A DNA stretch of 61,587 nucleotides, the filler included, from Choristocarpus tenellus KU-1152 (taxonomy: Eukaryota; Protista; Phaeophyceae): NCBI GenBank assembly GCA_964200185.2. It is 9 parts of 9 records of this genome, joined end to end, with 100 filler letters (N's around TTAATTAATTAA, not from the genome) between each part and the next. Parts side by side here need not be neighbours in the genome. Positions count along the whole stretch, not along the records: positions 58,030 to 61,587 come from CAXNAD020019277.1; 8 more parts are not named here. One strand, given 5' to 3'. Below, one piece after another: positions 61,543 to 61,587 of this stretch. The position numbers and the translations under genes were made by a program. The notes under the pieces were generated by a model. That model was not told where the DNA came from. It ran no database searches and was given only the letters and a program-made list of their open reading frames with translations. Position 1 is the stretch's first letter; every line of letters begins with the position of its first letter.

Positions 61543-61587
61543 GACCCCAAAGTATCTGTGGGGGGGGGGGGGGGGGGGGGCCACAGG
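61543..61587 (+). mobile_element. MITE family B end at window end
   Basis: GACCCCAAAGTATCTGT-polyG. Confidence 0.7.

Overview
Eukaryotic nuclear DNA, most likely a brown alga or related ochrophyte. This is inferred from intron-rich genes, bipartite signal-peptide + ASAFAP-like plastid targeting, an alginate-lyase-like beta-helix gene and interstitial TTAGGG repeats. The window is not contiguous: nine contigs are joined by eight artificial 100-bp N/TTAATTAATTAA/N linkers, so adjacency across linkers means nothing. Hand-spliced genes: an uncharacterised helical protein (minus, 5966-9592) head-to-head with a plastid-targeted FBPase (9951-11852, truncated by the contig end); a small secreted F5/8-type-C/CBM32-like protein (15184-16803+); a 7-exon secreted parallel beta-helix (PL31/PL41 alginate-lyase-like) protein with a long Asp-triplet tail (25010-28364); a complete 8-exon plastid-targeted HPPD (39748-48914); and orphan exons of a cyclic-nucleotide-regulated channel and a type-B carboxylesterase. 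The rest is transposon debris: mariner, CRE-like LINE, Ty3/Gypsy, probable Copia and four MITE families. The most striking unexplained pattern is in the MITE ends. Lineages with dissimilar spacer sequences share bipartite ends (outer CAAAGTATCT box, inner GTCCATTTGG box), and the spacer is about one helical turn (~10 bp) longer at one end than the other, an architecture reminiscent of 12/23 RSS asymmetry. All gene models and family calls were made by eye; no searches were run.
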